Shown here one piece after another: positions 1 to 27,820 of a DNA stretch of 64,000 nt (positions are counted from its first letter, which is position 1; each line of letters opens with the position of its first letter). The notes beneath the pieces were generated by a model. That model saw only the letters and a list, made by a program, of their open reading frames with translations, did not search any database and had not been told where the DNA came from. The stretch is from Macrostomum lignano (lineage: Eukaryota), in assembly GCA_002269645.1 (NCBI GenBank), contig NIVC01000658.1:310001-374000 (forward strand), read 5' to 3'. Position numbers and translations under genes: made by a program.

Positions 1-250
1 CTCTTCCTGTCTCATCTCTTCTTCCCTGTCTTCTCCCTCCTCTCCCTGTCTCATCTCTTCTTCCCTGTCTCCTCCCTCCTCTCCCTGTCTCCTCTCTCCT
101 CTCCCTGTCTCCTCTCTCCTCACCCTGTCTCCTCTCTCCTCTCCCTGTCTCCTCCCTCCTCTCCCTGTCTCCTCCCTCCTCTCCCTGTCTCATCTCTTCT
201 TCCCTGTCTCCTCTCTCCTCTCCCTGTCTCCTCTCTCCTCTCCTCTATCC
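1..250. repeat. CT-rich degenerate minisatellite (CTCTCCCTGTCTC-type)
   Basis: Visible tandem units. Confidence 0.9.
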
Positions 251-281
251 TCTCCCAATGACCACTCCTATAAAACCGCAC

Positions 282-641
282 CTGGTATAACTGTGCCACG
301 AAGAAGCCCAACCGTGAGCTGGCTGTTGCAGAGACCCGAGACCGAGTGCACTGCTACCGCTGTGACCGCTGAAACCGGCAGTTGGGGCGGCAGCGGCGGC
401 TGCTTTGACAGCGCCTTGATGACCTTGAGCTGTCTGAGATTGGCCAGATGCTATCGCAGCTTGATCTGTGGTTAGTCTGGCTCGCTTTTTAACCGGGACA
501 GATCTGCGTGTGTAGTGGGAATATTTTTTATCAGTTTTGGCCTTCACAATCGCCACTTTGTGGATTGTGAAACATTTGCAGGAGGGCTGCAGGCACCCTG
601 GCGCAATGCCTCCAGGGACATCCTCCCGCAACAGAGAAGCA
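282..641 (-). CDS. Second exon of the same unidentified gene; continues beyond the window start
   Basis: 360 nt, phase 2/2, in frame with the 2381 donor; TTTAG acceptor, CAG|GTGCGG donor; ...GCLQPSCKCFTIHKVAIVKAKTDKKYSHYTRRSVPVKKRAR... Confidence 0.5.
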
Positions 642-1600
642 CTAAAGTGCAGAAGCACTAAAGTGCAGAAGCACTAAAGTGCAGAAGCACTAAAGTGCAG
701 AAGCACTAAAGTGCAGAAGCACTAAAGTGCAGAAGCACTAAAGTGCAGAAGCACTAAAGTGCAGAAGCACTAAAGTGCAGAAGCACTAAAGTGCAGAAGC
801 ACTAAAGTGCAGAAGCACTAAAGTGCAGAAGCACTAAAGTGCAGAAGCACTAAAGTGCAGAAGCACTAAAGTGCAGAAGCACTAAAGTGCAGAAGCACTA
901 AAGTGCAGAAGCACTAAAGTGCAGAAGCACTAAAGTGCAGAAGCACTAAAGTGCAGAAGCACTAAAGTGCAGAAGCACTAAAGTGCAGAAGCACTAAAGT
1001 GCAGAAGCACTAAAGTGCAGAAGCACTAAAATGCAGAAGCACTAAAGTGCAGAAGCACTAAAGTGCAGAAGCACTAAAGTGCAGAAGCACTAAAGTGCAG
1101 AAGCACTAAAGTGCAGAAGCACTAAAGTGCAGAAGCACTAAAGTGCAGAAGCACTAAAGTGCAGAAGCACTAAAGTGCAGAAGCACTAAAGTGCAGAAGC
1201 ACTAAAGTGCAGAAGCACTAAAGTGCAGAAGCACTAAAGTGCAGAAGCACTAAAGTGCAGAAGCACTAAAGTGCAGAAGCACTAAAGTGCAGAAGCACTA
1301 AAGTGCAGAAGCACTAAAGTGCAGAAGCACTAAAGTGCAGAAGCAGTAAAGTGCAGAAGCAGTAAAGTGCAGAAGCAGTAAAGTGCAGAAGCACTAAAGT
1401 GCAGAAGCACTAAAGTGCAGAAGCAGTAAAGTGCAGAAGCACTAAAGTGCAGAAGCACTAAAGTGCAGAAGCAGTAAAGTGCAGAAGCAGTAAAGTGCAG
1501 AAGCACTAAAGTGCAGAAGCACTAAAGTGCAGAAGCACTAAAGTGCAGAAGCACTAAAGTGCAGAAGCACTAAACTGCAGAAGCACTAAAGTGCAGAAGC
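638..1600. repeat. 16-bp tandem repeat (AAGCACTAAAGTGCAG)n, about 60 copies
   Basis: Near-perfect array; internal palindrome GCACT-AA-AGTGC. Confidence 0.98.
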
Positions 1601-1688
1601 GCACTCATACACACGCTCAAGCAGGGTCTACAGCGACCCTGACTCGAAATTGCAAGGCAGTTACACTCTGTGACTTGGGGGCTGGCCC
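1601..1688 (-). mobile_element. SINE-like body copy (diverged)
   Basis: GGCCAGCCCCCAAGTCACAGAGTGTAAC...CAGGGTCGCTGTAGACCCTGC aligns with 60211-60303 and 25718-25804. Confidence 0.6.
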
Positions 1689-1699
1689 TCCGGTACATC

Positions 1700-2185
1700 T
1701 AGTCAATGTCTTTAGAGATCTAGTCACTGTTCTCAGATCTAGTCATTGTTCTCAGATCTAGTCACTGTTCTCAGATCTAGTCATTGTTCTCAGATCTAGT
1801 CACTGTTCTCAGATCTAGTCATTGTTCTCAGATCTAGTCATTATTCTCAGATCTAGTCACTGTCCTCAGATCTAGTCAGTCTTTTAGAGATCCCGTCAAT
1901 GTCTTTAGAGATCTAGGCACTGTCCGCAGATCTAGTCACTGTCTTTAGAGATCTAGTCACCGTCTTTAGAAATCTAGCCACTGTCTTTAGAGATCTAGTC
2001 ACTGTCTTTAGAAATCTAGCCACTGTCTTTAGAGATCTAGTCACTATCTTTAGAGATCTAGTCACTGTCTTTAGAGATCTAGCCACTGTCTTTAGAGATC
2101 TAGTCACTGTCTTTAGAGATCTAGCCACTGTCTTTAGAGATCTAGTCACTGTCTTTAGAGATCTAGTCACTGTCTTTAGAGATAT
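1700..2185. repeat. 19-21-bp tandem repeat (GTCTTTAGAGATCTAGTCACT)n
   Basis: Same family as 59227-60190, in inverted orientation. Confidence 0.95.
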
Positions 2186-2196
2186 ATTTACTTAAA

Positions 2197-2352
2197 TCTT
2201 CAGGCATGTACACTCTGTGCCGTGAGCAATGGCTCTCATAGCTGTGAACCGTACGACAACTCCCGGCCAATTTTTCTGAACACGAGCCCCAAATGAATTT
2301 GGCCGCTCACGGAATCGAACCCGGGACGCGTTTACCGCTGAGCTGCCCCGCC
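2197..2352 (-). mobile_element. tRNA-headed SINE-like element, truncated within its body
   Basis: A-box GCAGCTCAGCGGTAAACGCG and B-box GGTTCGATTCC, followed by GGCACAGAGTGTACATGCCTGA. Confidence 0.65.
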
Positions 2353-2380
2353 TCTCATCCTATAACTCTTCATAACTTAC

Positions 2381-2670
2381 CTAGAGGATTGCGAGTCAGG
2401 CAACTGAGAGCCAGACGTGCTACTACTAGAAGTAGGACCGCTGCGCAGGATTCTCTGGCTTCTGCTACCGCTGCTGCTACTACTGTTAGTAAAGTTTAAA
2501 GCGGATTCGGCCGCTGTAGACGACCCAGAAGAAGAAGACTGTTGCTGCTGCTGCTGCTGCTGCGGTTCAGATGAAGAGCCGCTGCTGCCGCCTCCGCCTG
2601 CTCTCGAACGCTTGCGACTCTGAAATTTTTTTAACGATTTACGCGTCAAACGGCTGGAGTTGCTATGCAT
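2381..2670 (-). CDS. First coding exon of an unidentified gene (basic, Ser/Gln-rich N-terminus)
   Basis: ATG at 2670; MHSNSSRLTRKSLKKFQSRKRSR...polyQ/polyS; consensus donor AG|GTAAGT at 2380. Confidence 0.6.
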
Positions 2671-2849
2671 TTAGTTGCTATTGATAATGCCTCGCAAGCT
2701 TACTAGTTATTCCACTTTCTACTATTAATGCTAGCTTAGACAGAGGTTTACTAAAGTAGCTGGAACTCTGGTGCTGGGTTCCACACGTGACACTGACAAT
2801 ATTCGGAACAGATGATACAATAGCATAGCACTATACTTATAATTGAAAC

Positions 2850-3310
2850 AGATGACAGCACTAATTGAAACAGGTGACAGCACTAATCAGAACAGGTGAC
2901 AGCACTAATTGGAACAGGTGACAGCACTAATTGGAACAGGTGACAGCCTAATTGGAACAGGTGACAGCACTAATCAGAACAGGTGACAGCACTAATTGGA
3001 ACAGGTGACAGCACTAATCAGAACAGGTGACAGCACTAATTGGAACAGGTGACAGCACTAATTGGAACAGGTGACAGCACTAATTGGAACAGGTGACAGC
3101 CTAATTGGAACAGGTGACAGCACTAATCAGAACAGGTGACAGCACTAATTGGAACAGGTGACAGCACTAATTGGAACAGGTGACAGCACTAATTGGAACA
3201 GGTGACAGCCTAATTGGAACAGGTGACAGCACTAATTGGAACAGGTGACAGCACTAATTGGAACAGGTGACAGTACTAATTGGAACAGGTGGCAGCACTA
3301 ATCAGAACAG
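2850..3310. repeat. 22-bp tandem repeat (GAACAGGTGACAGCACTAATTG)n
   Basis: Visible tandem units. Confidence 0.95.
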
Positions 3311-4494
3311 AACATGTGATAGCACACTTCATAGCACTAGTTAGCACTAATTTCCGATATTCAAAAGCTGATGCAACTCACATTTGATTGATTGCTGGCC
3401 GCACCTGCGGCTGACTTGGATTTCCTGAATGGATCAAAGAAGGACATTACAGCTTTATTTGCTATGTTGGTACAAAAAACCGATTATTAAATAATATGCC
3501 ATTTTAAATATGTTTCAGCTCAGATAATATCATGTTGCTCTTTTAGACAAGCAGTCGATATAATGAGGATTAGCACTGTCTATGGCCCAACTCTAAACAA
3601 AGTCAGCAATTAATTTTCTAGGAAAACAATGTCGCACAACTTACTTAGAAGTAGTAGAATTTGACTTGCTTGGCTGGTTTAGGCAAGAAGGCTTTCTGTT
3701 TCTCCTTGCCATATGGATAACTCAGGGTGCATAGCAGGACAATATGCTTCAATATCATGCAAATTATCCAAGTATTTTCCTGTTAAATTTATGTCAAGAT
3801 AGGGCTGAAATGAAACACTATTAGCAACTAACAAAGCAAAGCATGTGCCCGAATGTGTATCTACAACTACCAATTACTAATCAATTAGATGAACTTCATT
3901 GACACCTTTCTTAACTGTAAGATTGATTAAATATTTAAACATAATTCAAATTTATGAGTAAATTTTGTTAACCTGAATTCTAGAAAAATCAGTAAGTATT
4001 AAATTATTACTTGGTACCAAATGTATGTACCTACCAAAAACTAAATCTGATACGATTGAAGATCTGACCAGTTGTTCTAACACTAAATTGGTACATACAT
4101 TCAGTAAACCTAGGTAACTGAATGTACCTATTGCAATAAATTGTATATCCTCAAAAGTTGCACCAAAAATAAGGCTAAACTTTCTAAACTACAATAATTG
4201 ATTGCATCATAATTGCATTGTGCAACTTTTACTATAAATAACTTTTTGTAAATGCTGAATTATATATGCCACAATTCATGTTATCAAATTGATAAGAGCT
4301 AGCCTGGATATGAATCAACTAAACTACTAATACAGCAACCTAGGTTCTAATCTTAGTAGTGTAATAAGTTTTTAATAAGATTAAAAGTTCTTATGACATG
4401 TTAAACATAAAATTATCATTATATAAAACATAAAAGAAGCGTCATGTCAAATATAAAAGAAACATTACTCAAAATGTTTTGTCCTTAAGATATC

Positions 4495-4920
4495 AAGGCC
4501 TACAAAGGAATTGCTAAGATGACATGGCTTATAGGAGAATTACTAAGATGTCAAAGTTTGAGGAAATTGCTGAGATCTCAAGGCTTACATGATAAATTGC
4601 AGATATCAGGGCTTATAGGGGGGAATTACTAATATATCAAGGCTTATGGGAGGAATTGCGAAGATGTCAAGGCCTATGGAAAAAAATGCTAAGATATCAT
4701 GGCTTATAGAAAGAATTTCTGAGATTTCAAGGCTTGTGGGAGGAATTGCTAAGATGTCAAGGCCTATGGAAAAAATTGCTAAGATATCATGGCTTGTAGA
4801 AAGAATTTCTGAGATTTCAAGGCTTGTGGGAGGAATTGCTAAGATTTCAAAGATCATGGGATATATTGTATACTGTATTGCTAAGATGTCAAGGTTTATA
4901 AAGAAATTGCTAAGATGTTA
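4495..4920. repeat. Degenerate tandem repeat of about 31 bp (GCTAAGATGTCAAGGCTTAT...GGAATT)
   Basis: Recurrent GGAATTGCTAAGAT core. Confidence 0.85.
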
Positions 4921-5490
4921 AAGTTGAGATCAGAAGCTACATATAGACTATTCAAATATTTATATTCTATTCTTTGTAGCTCTCCAATAAGAAACACTGA
5001 TTGCTAGCTAATGCTAATTAGCTTATACTTGTAGCAAAGACAATGGAAAAAGTTCTTGTTTTATTAAACTTATTTCATTTAAAAGCTATCTCCTTAAGAC
5101 TTGGTCTATATCCTTCCCTAACCATTACCAATAAAAAATAAAAAATTGTAGACCTACTTTTATTTATGTAGCCATTTATAGCTATGGCTATCTCGATCAT
5201 ATACTTGTACCTTTTAGTAGACAATATCCAATATAGCTTAGCTGTATGTTCAAAGTTTGAATTATTTTAAGTACGAGAACATAATCAAATGGAAAATTAA
5301 ATAATGTTAAGTCTTTTCAAATTTAGCCATAGCCTATCACTGCTTGTCTAACTCAGCCTATAACTTTGCCAATGCCTCTTTGTTTTTCTTAAAATGAGCT
5401 TGAGCTTGAACGAGCATATAAGAAGGGTACTTACCATTTTTTAAAATATATCTTGGCATATATGACATAGCAGTATATTATATCAATGAT

Positions 5491-5765
5491 CATACATGCG
5501 CAACTGCTGGCCGACCTGGCCGATCTGGCCACTGTAAATTGTGGTGGACCAGGGTTAGTTGCAAAAATGCCCACCCCAAAAAATATAGACGTAGTACTAA
5601 TTAGATGACGAGGCATTTAGCCCTTATAAGACAGTCATAGTTACTCCTGCCGTTTACCCAAAATTGCGTTAATGTTGCTCTAGGGTTTCTTTCACAGGTA
5701 AGTTGCATTTTGGTCAAAAAGTAAGTCGCATGGCCAGTGTAAATCAGGGGGGTTGCGCATGTATG
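5491..5765. mobile_element. hAT-type MITE, 275 bp, carrying a 28S rRNA fragment
   Basis: Perfect 14-bp TIRs CATACATGCGCAAC (5491-5504) and GTTGCGCATGTATG (5752-5765); identical 8-bp TSD TCAATGAT at 5483-5490 and 5766-5773. Confidence 0.9.
5596..5659 (-). other. 28S rRNA-derived fragment (helix 69-71 / R2 target region), not an rRNA gene
   Basis: Minus strand GGGTAAACGGCAGGAGTAACTATGACTGTCTTATAAGGGCTAAATGCCTCGTCATCTAATTAGT against the conserved 28S GGGTAAACGGCGGGAGTAACTATGACTCTCTTAAGGTAGCCAAATGCCTCGTCATCTAATTAGT; 56/64 identical by manual alignment to recalled consensus. Confidence 0.88.
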
Positions 5766-7339
5766 TCAATGATAGATTTTTAATTTTTAGTCCTAGCATA
5801 TAACCGAAATCTAGTAATATTTTCTGGCATTAGACCCAGCATATACTAGGCCTAATGCATAATCCAAACTATAATATGGTAACTAACTAATAAGCTTGAC
5901 ATAGAACTCCTAGACACTCTTGAAGAATCCAATTGATTTGATGGATAATAGGTTATTGATAGGCCTAGGTCTAGTCTCCCAAGTCGCAAGTGGTATTGCC
6001 AATGACTAAGAGACTGTTTTACAATTAGGAACCAGGCTCCTTGGCTTTATTAGCTAGGTTTATAAGATAGGCTAGGTTCTAATGCACTATATTTTCATAG
6101 ACAAAGCTAATAGGCTAATGTGTACATTAGCCATTAGGCCTACTATGATACTATCTATAAATATGACTAAGACCTATTGCTAAGTATTGGCTAGGGCCTA
6201 AAATAGGAGATAGTGCTAGGCCCCCCTAGTTTTGATAAAAATTAAATGCAATACTACAATGGAGTGAATAGTCCTAAGCCCAAAATCATTTTATAATTTT
6301 TATTGATCTATATTATAGATAGGCCTAGTCGATATTAGGCCCTACAAATTTACAATGCTAATAATGGCAAAATTTTATAAATAAAATTAATAAAATTGCT
6401 TTGTATAGTTTTATGCATGGCTAGGCCCAACATCAAATGCATTATTTTAATTAAAAGAGACTATTTTTTGAATGATAGCCATAGGGTCTACATCTAACAT
6501 CATCAGCTTATGCCTAACAAAATAAATGTAGGTAAAAATAAAAAAGTTTGGTGTAGGTAGTAGTTGTAGTAGGCCAACAGTAGTTGTATGATTGACTCAG
6601 GCAAAACAGTTTGGCCAACACAAGTCTGTCCACTTGGGTTAGGCCTAGGCCTATTTTAAATAGTTTTTTTAATAAAGTAGGCCTAATCCAAATATACTAA
6701 ATCTTCCATATACTAAAAATGAAAATCTTGCTTGCGTACTGTTTAATGTGTTGTTTAAACTTTGTTACTATTAAAAGTACTGAAATATACTAAGTACTGT
6801 AAGTAACTGCAAGTTGTTGACGAATTAAATGAGAATGGAGCTGTGCCATCATTAGATTAGGCAGGCTAGGCCTTAGCTAGCTAACTACAAAGTGAGCTGG
6901 CGACACAAACAAAAATACGAAAACAGCTGATTTTTGTATTTCTTATCATTGTTTTTCATTACTCCTAAAGAGGGTAATTTAAGGTCGAAAAGAAATATTT
7001 TTACCACCTACTCTGGGAAGCAAAATATATTCAATTGCAGCTATTATTGTTTTGTTTTGTTTAAGCCCTTGAAACTTGTGAAGTCGAATGCTAATTTGCG
7101 ACCCGATTGCTCCGAGATCCTATTTAAGATCATGTATGTAATGTATTATGTGCATATATCTCTATTAACATAAGTGAAAAGCTATAAATTTCTTGTGCTG
7201 CATATTCGTACCTACCACCTGAACAAGAACGGGCTTTGGTCACATGGCGGCAGAATGGCACAGTTCCTGGTCTCTTCGCCAAGGCAACGAGGAGGAGGAG
7301 ATACTCCAAACGATTACTGACTGCTTGTCATCTGCAGCT

Positions 7340-7690
7340 AGGATTAAGGAAGGCATTCGACTCGGTCCGTCAGATCTGTGTTTTCCCTATGGTGTGTATA
7401 ACGCGCCATGCAGAGAGCTATAGTACATGTATGGGCAGCATGGTTTCCGCCATTTGGCGACGTACCGCGACACGAAGGCTTTTTTCGAGACATCCTCTGG
7501 GCTGCACGGTTCCTGTTTGCTCTGGTGCTTGGTTTGGGAGCTGCGGACTGTTCTTCGCACTTTCTGCTGCGGTGAGACGCGTGGGTCGACGCCAACCGGA
7601 GAGACTTCTCTGTGAGCTTTAGCTACTCCAATGATCTCACCCTGCTGTCCTCGACCGTTGAGGACGCCCACCGATAGTTTGACAAACTGT
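7340..7690 (+). mobile_element. Degenerate RTE-like LINE RT fragment
   Basis: KAFDSV, YRDTKAFFETSSG and YSNDLTLLSSTVEDA (degenerate YADD) in shifting frames. Confidence 0.7.
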
Positions 7691-8049
7691 AGTTGTTGTT
7701 GCAGGGGTTGTGGTCAATAGAGAAGACATATCATGCAGTGTGCTCGTGTGCTGGACGCCATATATCGTCGTGCCGTGACATTCATGATTATCAGCAGTTC
7801 ATCTGGCCCTTGTCTGGCCTGCCTTTCGTTCGGTTCTTCTGTGTCGTCGACGAACTGCTGGTATTGCAAATGTTCCGTCGCGTGACCGTCAGCAACTCGG
7901 CCTATACTGTACATGTATTAATATACCGTAGAATTGCAGCCTCGATGCAAGGACCACTAGAAGTTACCGTTCTATAACGATGTCATATTGCACGCAGAGC
8001 ACAAATGTTTTTTTTGCGTTTTGACCATCAGGCCGACACTCGCCCCAAA

Positions 8050-8155
8050 ATCTCAACCAAATCATGCAGCTGGGTCACTGGGCGCTCTCGATGGTCGAAG
8101 ACGGGAGGGCGAGATCGTCTTCGTAACCAAGCCCACTGAGCTTTCCGGTCAGCTT
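8050..8155 (-). mobile_element. Second RTE-like RT fragment, opposite strand
   Basis: Translates LGYEDDLALPSSTIESAQ (degenerate YADD motif). Confidence 0.55.
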
Positions 8156-8234
8156 GCTGTTGCTGTTGTTTTTGTTGTTATTCTTGTTGCATTCATTGTT
8201 GTTGTTGTCACTGTTGCTGTTGTCGTTGTTTTGT

Positions 8235-8290
<56 letters not shown>

Positions 8291-9345
8291 TGTTGTTGTC
8301 GTTGTCGTTGTTGTTGTTTGCGGATAGCGGCTCCATCAGATGGGGACCCAATCGAGGGCACCCAGGTGCCGCGCCATCAAGGGACCATCGGCCAGGTCAC
8401 TGAGATGTTGTACTCCAATCGAGAGGCGAGTCGTTTCCAAAGCGGGACAAGTCAACAGGTGAAATTGATCAACTTCGTCCCCGCATAGCCTTCAGGTGGC
8501 ATCGTTGGTTGTCCCGATGCGCTTTTTGTAGTAGACCGACGCCGGGCAGTAACCGCGCGGACCTGCGAGACGAGGACTTTCTGGTTTCTGGGGCCATCAT
8601 GGAAGGTGATGCGCCCTGAGTAAACTGCTTCCAGGTGGCCTTCCAGGACGGGCTGGTACCCGATGGACCTGCGCAGTAGGTTCTTGGACGCAGCCAGCGC
8701 AAGGGGGACGTGCTGTTGAGGCAGGCACGCGGCCCGTTTGGCCTCCAGGTCGACCAGCTCATTTCCACTAGCGCCCACGTGTCCAGGGATCCACTGGATG
8801 GTACGTAATGGCCGTGACCCGGATAGCACGTCGGATGAGGTTCTTGAGTGTTTCGAGGAGGCTGTTGGTAGTGGTGCAGTCGGCTTGGATGGCTCGGATG
8901 GCGGCCTGGCTGTCAGTCAGGATGGTGGCTTCCGGCGGTTCCTCCGCTAAGATGTCGCCCAGACAAAGGGGGTGGAGCTCAGCTTCAAAGGAGCTACACC
9001 ATCTGCAGGCCGCAGCACGCCCCGAACGAATGATCAGGTCCTGGCGGCTGCAGTACAGTATCCAGGCCGCTCCGCCCAGCTGAGTACCGCTGGTGGCGGA
9101 TCCATCGGTGTAGTAGCAGGTGTCCGGAAGGCGCTTCCTGCGGGTCTCCTCGACAAGGTCGCGCCTAGCCTGTATGCCGTCGGACTTGCTGCAATGGCGG
9201 AGGAGCTCGGAGAAGAGGCAGAGTCGCTCCGAGCCATTGAGCGCCTCCCAGGGGGGGGGGGCGCCCGAACCCAGGAGTTCGGCAATCTCTCGAACGGGAG
9301 GAGGTTAGCCAGAATTTTGTTGGCTTGCTCACGGAGCCCTCGTTG
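8155..9345 (-). mobile_element. 3' part of an I/Ingi-group LINE with RNase H, CCHC-like knuckle and (CAA)n tail
   Basis: YYTDGS (about 9100-9120), IQWIPGHVGASGNELVDLEAK, YYKKRIG...LCG...HLLTCPAL; tail at 8155-8320; frameshifted. Confidence 0.85.
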
Positions 9346-9845
9346 TGTGAGGGCAGTCCTGCAGTCCGAGGCCTTACCTGACTGCCAGAGGGCGGTGTTG
9401 TTCCAGGCGGTGATCGAGACCGTCCTGCTGTACAACGCCTAGACCTGGACGCTGACGGAGTCGCTCGAGCAACAAGTTGACGCAGCGCACGCTGGCCTGC
9501 TGCGTGCCGCTTTCAAGATCGGCTACGAGCGAGTGACCAACGCGGCTTTGTATAGCCACGCCGGCCTGGTCCGTCCAAGCGACTTGCTGCGCCGTCGGCG
9601 ACTCCAGCTGGCAGGCCACATCATCCGCGTTGAGTCGCACTGCCCAGAGCCGGTGCAGGAGATGCTGCTGCTAATGCTGCAGGCACCCTACCGGCGGGGC
9701 AGGCGCGCACTCGGCGTTTCATCGACTGCCTGCTGGCTGACGCCACGGTGCCCCGGATTCGGCCGGAGGCGTGGCGTTCCTTCGCGACCTGGCCTTGAAG
9801 CGCGCCCTGTGACGCTAACCTGCGTATTCTGTTGTTGTTGCTGTC
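9345..9845 (+). mobile_element. 3' end of an RTE-like LINE
   Basis: LFQAVIETVLLYNA*TWTLT...RRLQLAGHIIR, ending in a short (TTG)n tail. Confidence 0.8.
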
Positions 9846-11863
9846 TTGAGAGTATAGCGCCGTCTATCTTTCCATCACGTCTTCGTTAAGTCTTCAAAAG
9901 TTGCGTAGTAGTGCATGAACTACATATGTGCATTGTACATGCGTCAGACCAAATCCCAGAAGCTCCAATAGAAATTTATTTTCAAAACCTTTGTGACTAC
10001 CTACTCTGCTGTTCTAGCTGTCGTTCCTTGGCCACCGTCTCGTCTGCCGCATAGACTAAGTGGCTTTATTGATCTGCAACTGCTCATCTTTGCATGCACC
10101 TCCTCGCATGTTTAGTGGCCTTCTCTCTGTCTGTCTCACTCTCCCCTCCTACCTTCTTTCCCATCGCTCTAATCTGTCCCTCTCATTCTCTTCTCATACT
10201 GCAAGTACCCAATCGCTTCTGTCTCAACAGTCTTAGTAATTTTTTTCATTGTTCTCGCTCCCTCGGATTGATACTCACAAAGGTGCTTCTGCGATATAAT
10301 CTAAAATTTTCCGTGGTGTCACGCAGACACAATTGCGATAACTTAATAATTATTTTCTTTTATTGTAGATGAACACACAACGGAAACCTTGGCGAACCAC
10401 ATACGGGTGTACTTTAAACATATAGTACACAATATTAAACACAAATAATTAAAATTAATAAACATTAGGCAAAATTACAGATTACAAGTGACACACCTTA
10501 AACGCTAAAAACCAAACGAAAATCAATAATTTTGTTTGAAACAATAGAAATGGGGAAATTGTTCTTTTGTAAAATGAACTACTGATCGTATATGCATGCT
10601 CTGCTTGTCACAGACTGACTTTGTGAAAAACTACACTACAATACAGATAGCTACGCTCGTACTGTAAGCAAAAATGTCACTTGCGATATTTGAAAAATTA
10701 AAAAATTGCATTAGAAAATCTTTATCTTACTACTATAAGCAGTCGCCTGGGTGTAAGGCAGCTCGGGTGACACTGTCATTTAAATTTTTGAAATTGACTT
10801 TAAAAAAGATTCACATGTAACTGCACACACTACTTTAAAACTAAAACTAAAAGTTTTTAAAGCGATTTGTTATAATTAGCTCAACTTTTAATCTGGCTGA
10901 TTAGTGTTAGCCAAGAAAAGGCAAAAATGATCTGTTGCTACTAGATCTGTAGCCAACAGCTGAAAATTAATATTAAAAATTAAAATTATCTCAGATAATT
11001 TTTACTCGACAAATTAACGATCAAATGATGCAACAAATTAAATTTAGGGACGTTGCAAACAACAAGACACCGTATCGAATAAAAGTAATAAAATCTAAAA
11101 AAACTCTTATTTTAATATTAGATTTAAAGCAATACAGTAGCTACTCAATTGTATATAGCTATAACTGTATTTTCCGTCACGTAATAAACAAATGTTTTTA
11201 ATTATAAAAAATGAAAATTATTCATAAAAAACTCACATTGGCAGCTGGGAAACAGCTTTAGAAAAACTTTGCAAGCCACCTCGTGGAGTAATTAAGGCAA
11301 AATTTATTAAACAGCACTAAAACAAAACTCGGAAAAAACACAGAGGAAATTTTAAATAGGAAAATTCACATCAATATATCAAAGTGTATAATATCTCGCT
11401 CACCGCACTGATACCGGACATTAAAATATTGATTAGCGTATTGTGCTACTGTTAGACGTATACTGTGCAAGTGTGCTCTATCTAATATATTGTAAACAAC
11501 ACACAGAACTGCACAAGAGACAAGAATGTGCGCGCGGGACGAATCTGGGGTCGGTATTTTATGAAGCGAAATGACAACTCACTGAACGCAACTCAGGCCT
11601 CAATAGGGAGCAAGGGAATGTCAAATAATAATGTTGCACTTTTAATCGCTGTATAATTGCTTTGTAATTCGATTCGTTCAATTTAGATTGAATACGGATT
11701 GTTTTTGTTTAAACTTTCAAACTGATTAAATTTTTGGCACCAGAGTCGAAAATTCTGACCATTGAACCAACTTATATAGTGGATTAAATTTTCACGCGGT
11801 AAATAGCTGGTTAGAGGCACTAAATTTTCTTTGCTAAATTAAATTGACAAGTTTCTTTTTTAT

Positions 11864-27820
<15,957 letters not shown>

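Noticed and set aside
3679-3873. Short ORF with LDINLTGKY, resembling the Maverick/Polinton DHxHxTGKY motif
   Set aside because: The key His residues are absent, the ORF is only 64 aa, and no other Polinton genes or termini are present.
5596-5659. Functional 28S rRNA gene
   Set aside because: Only 64 nt match, the substitutions disturb helix 69 pairing, and the segment lies inside a TIR/TSD-bounded element.
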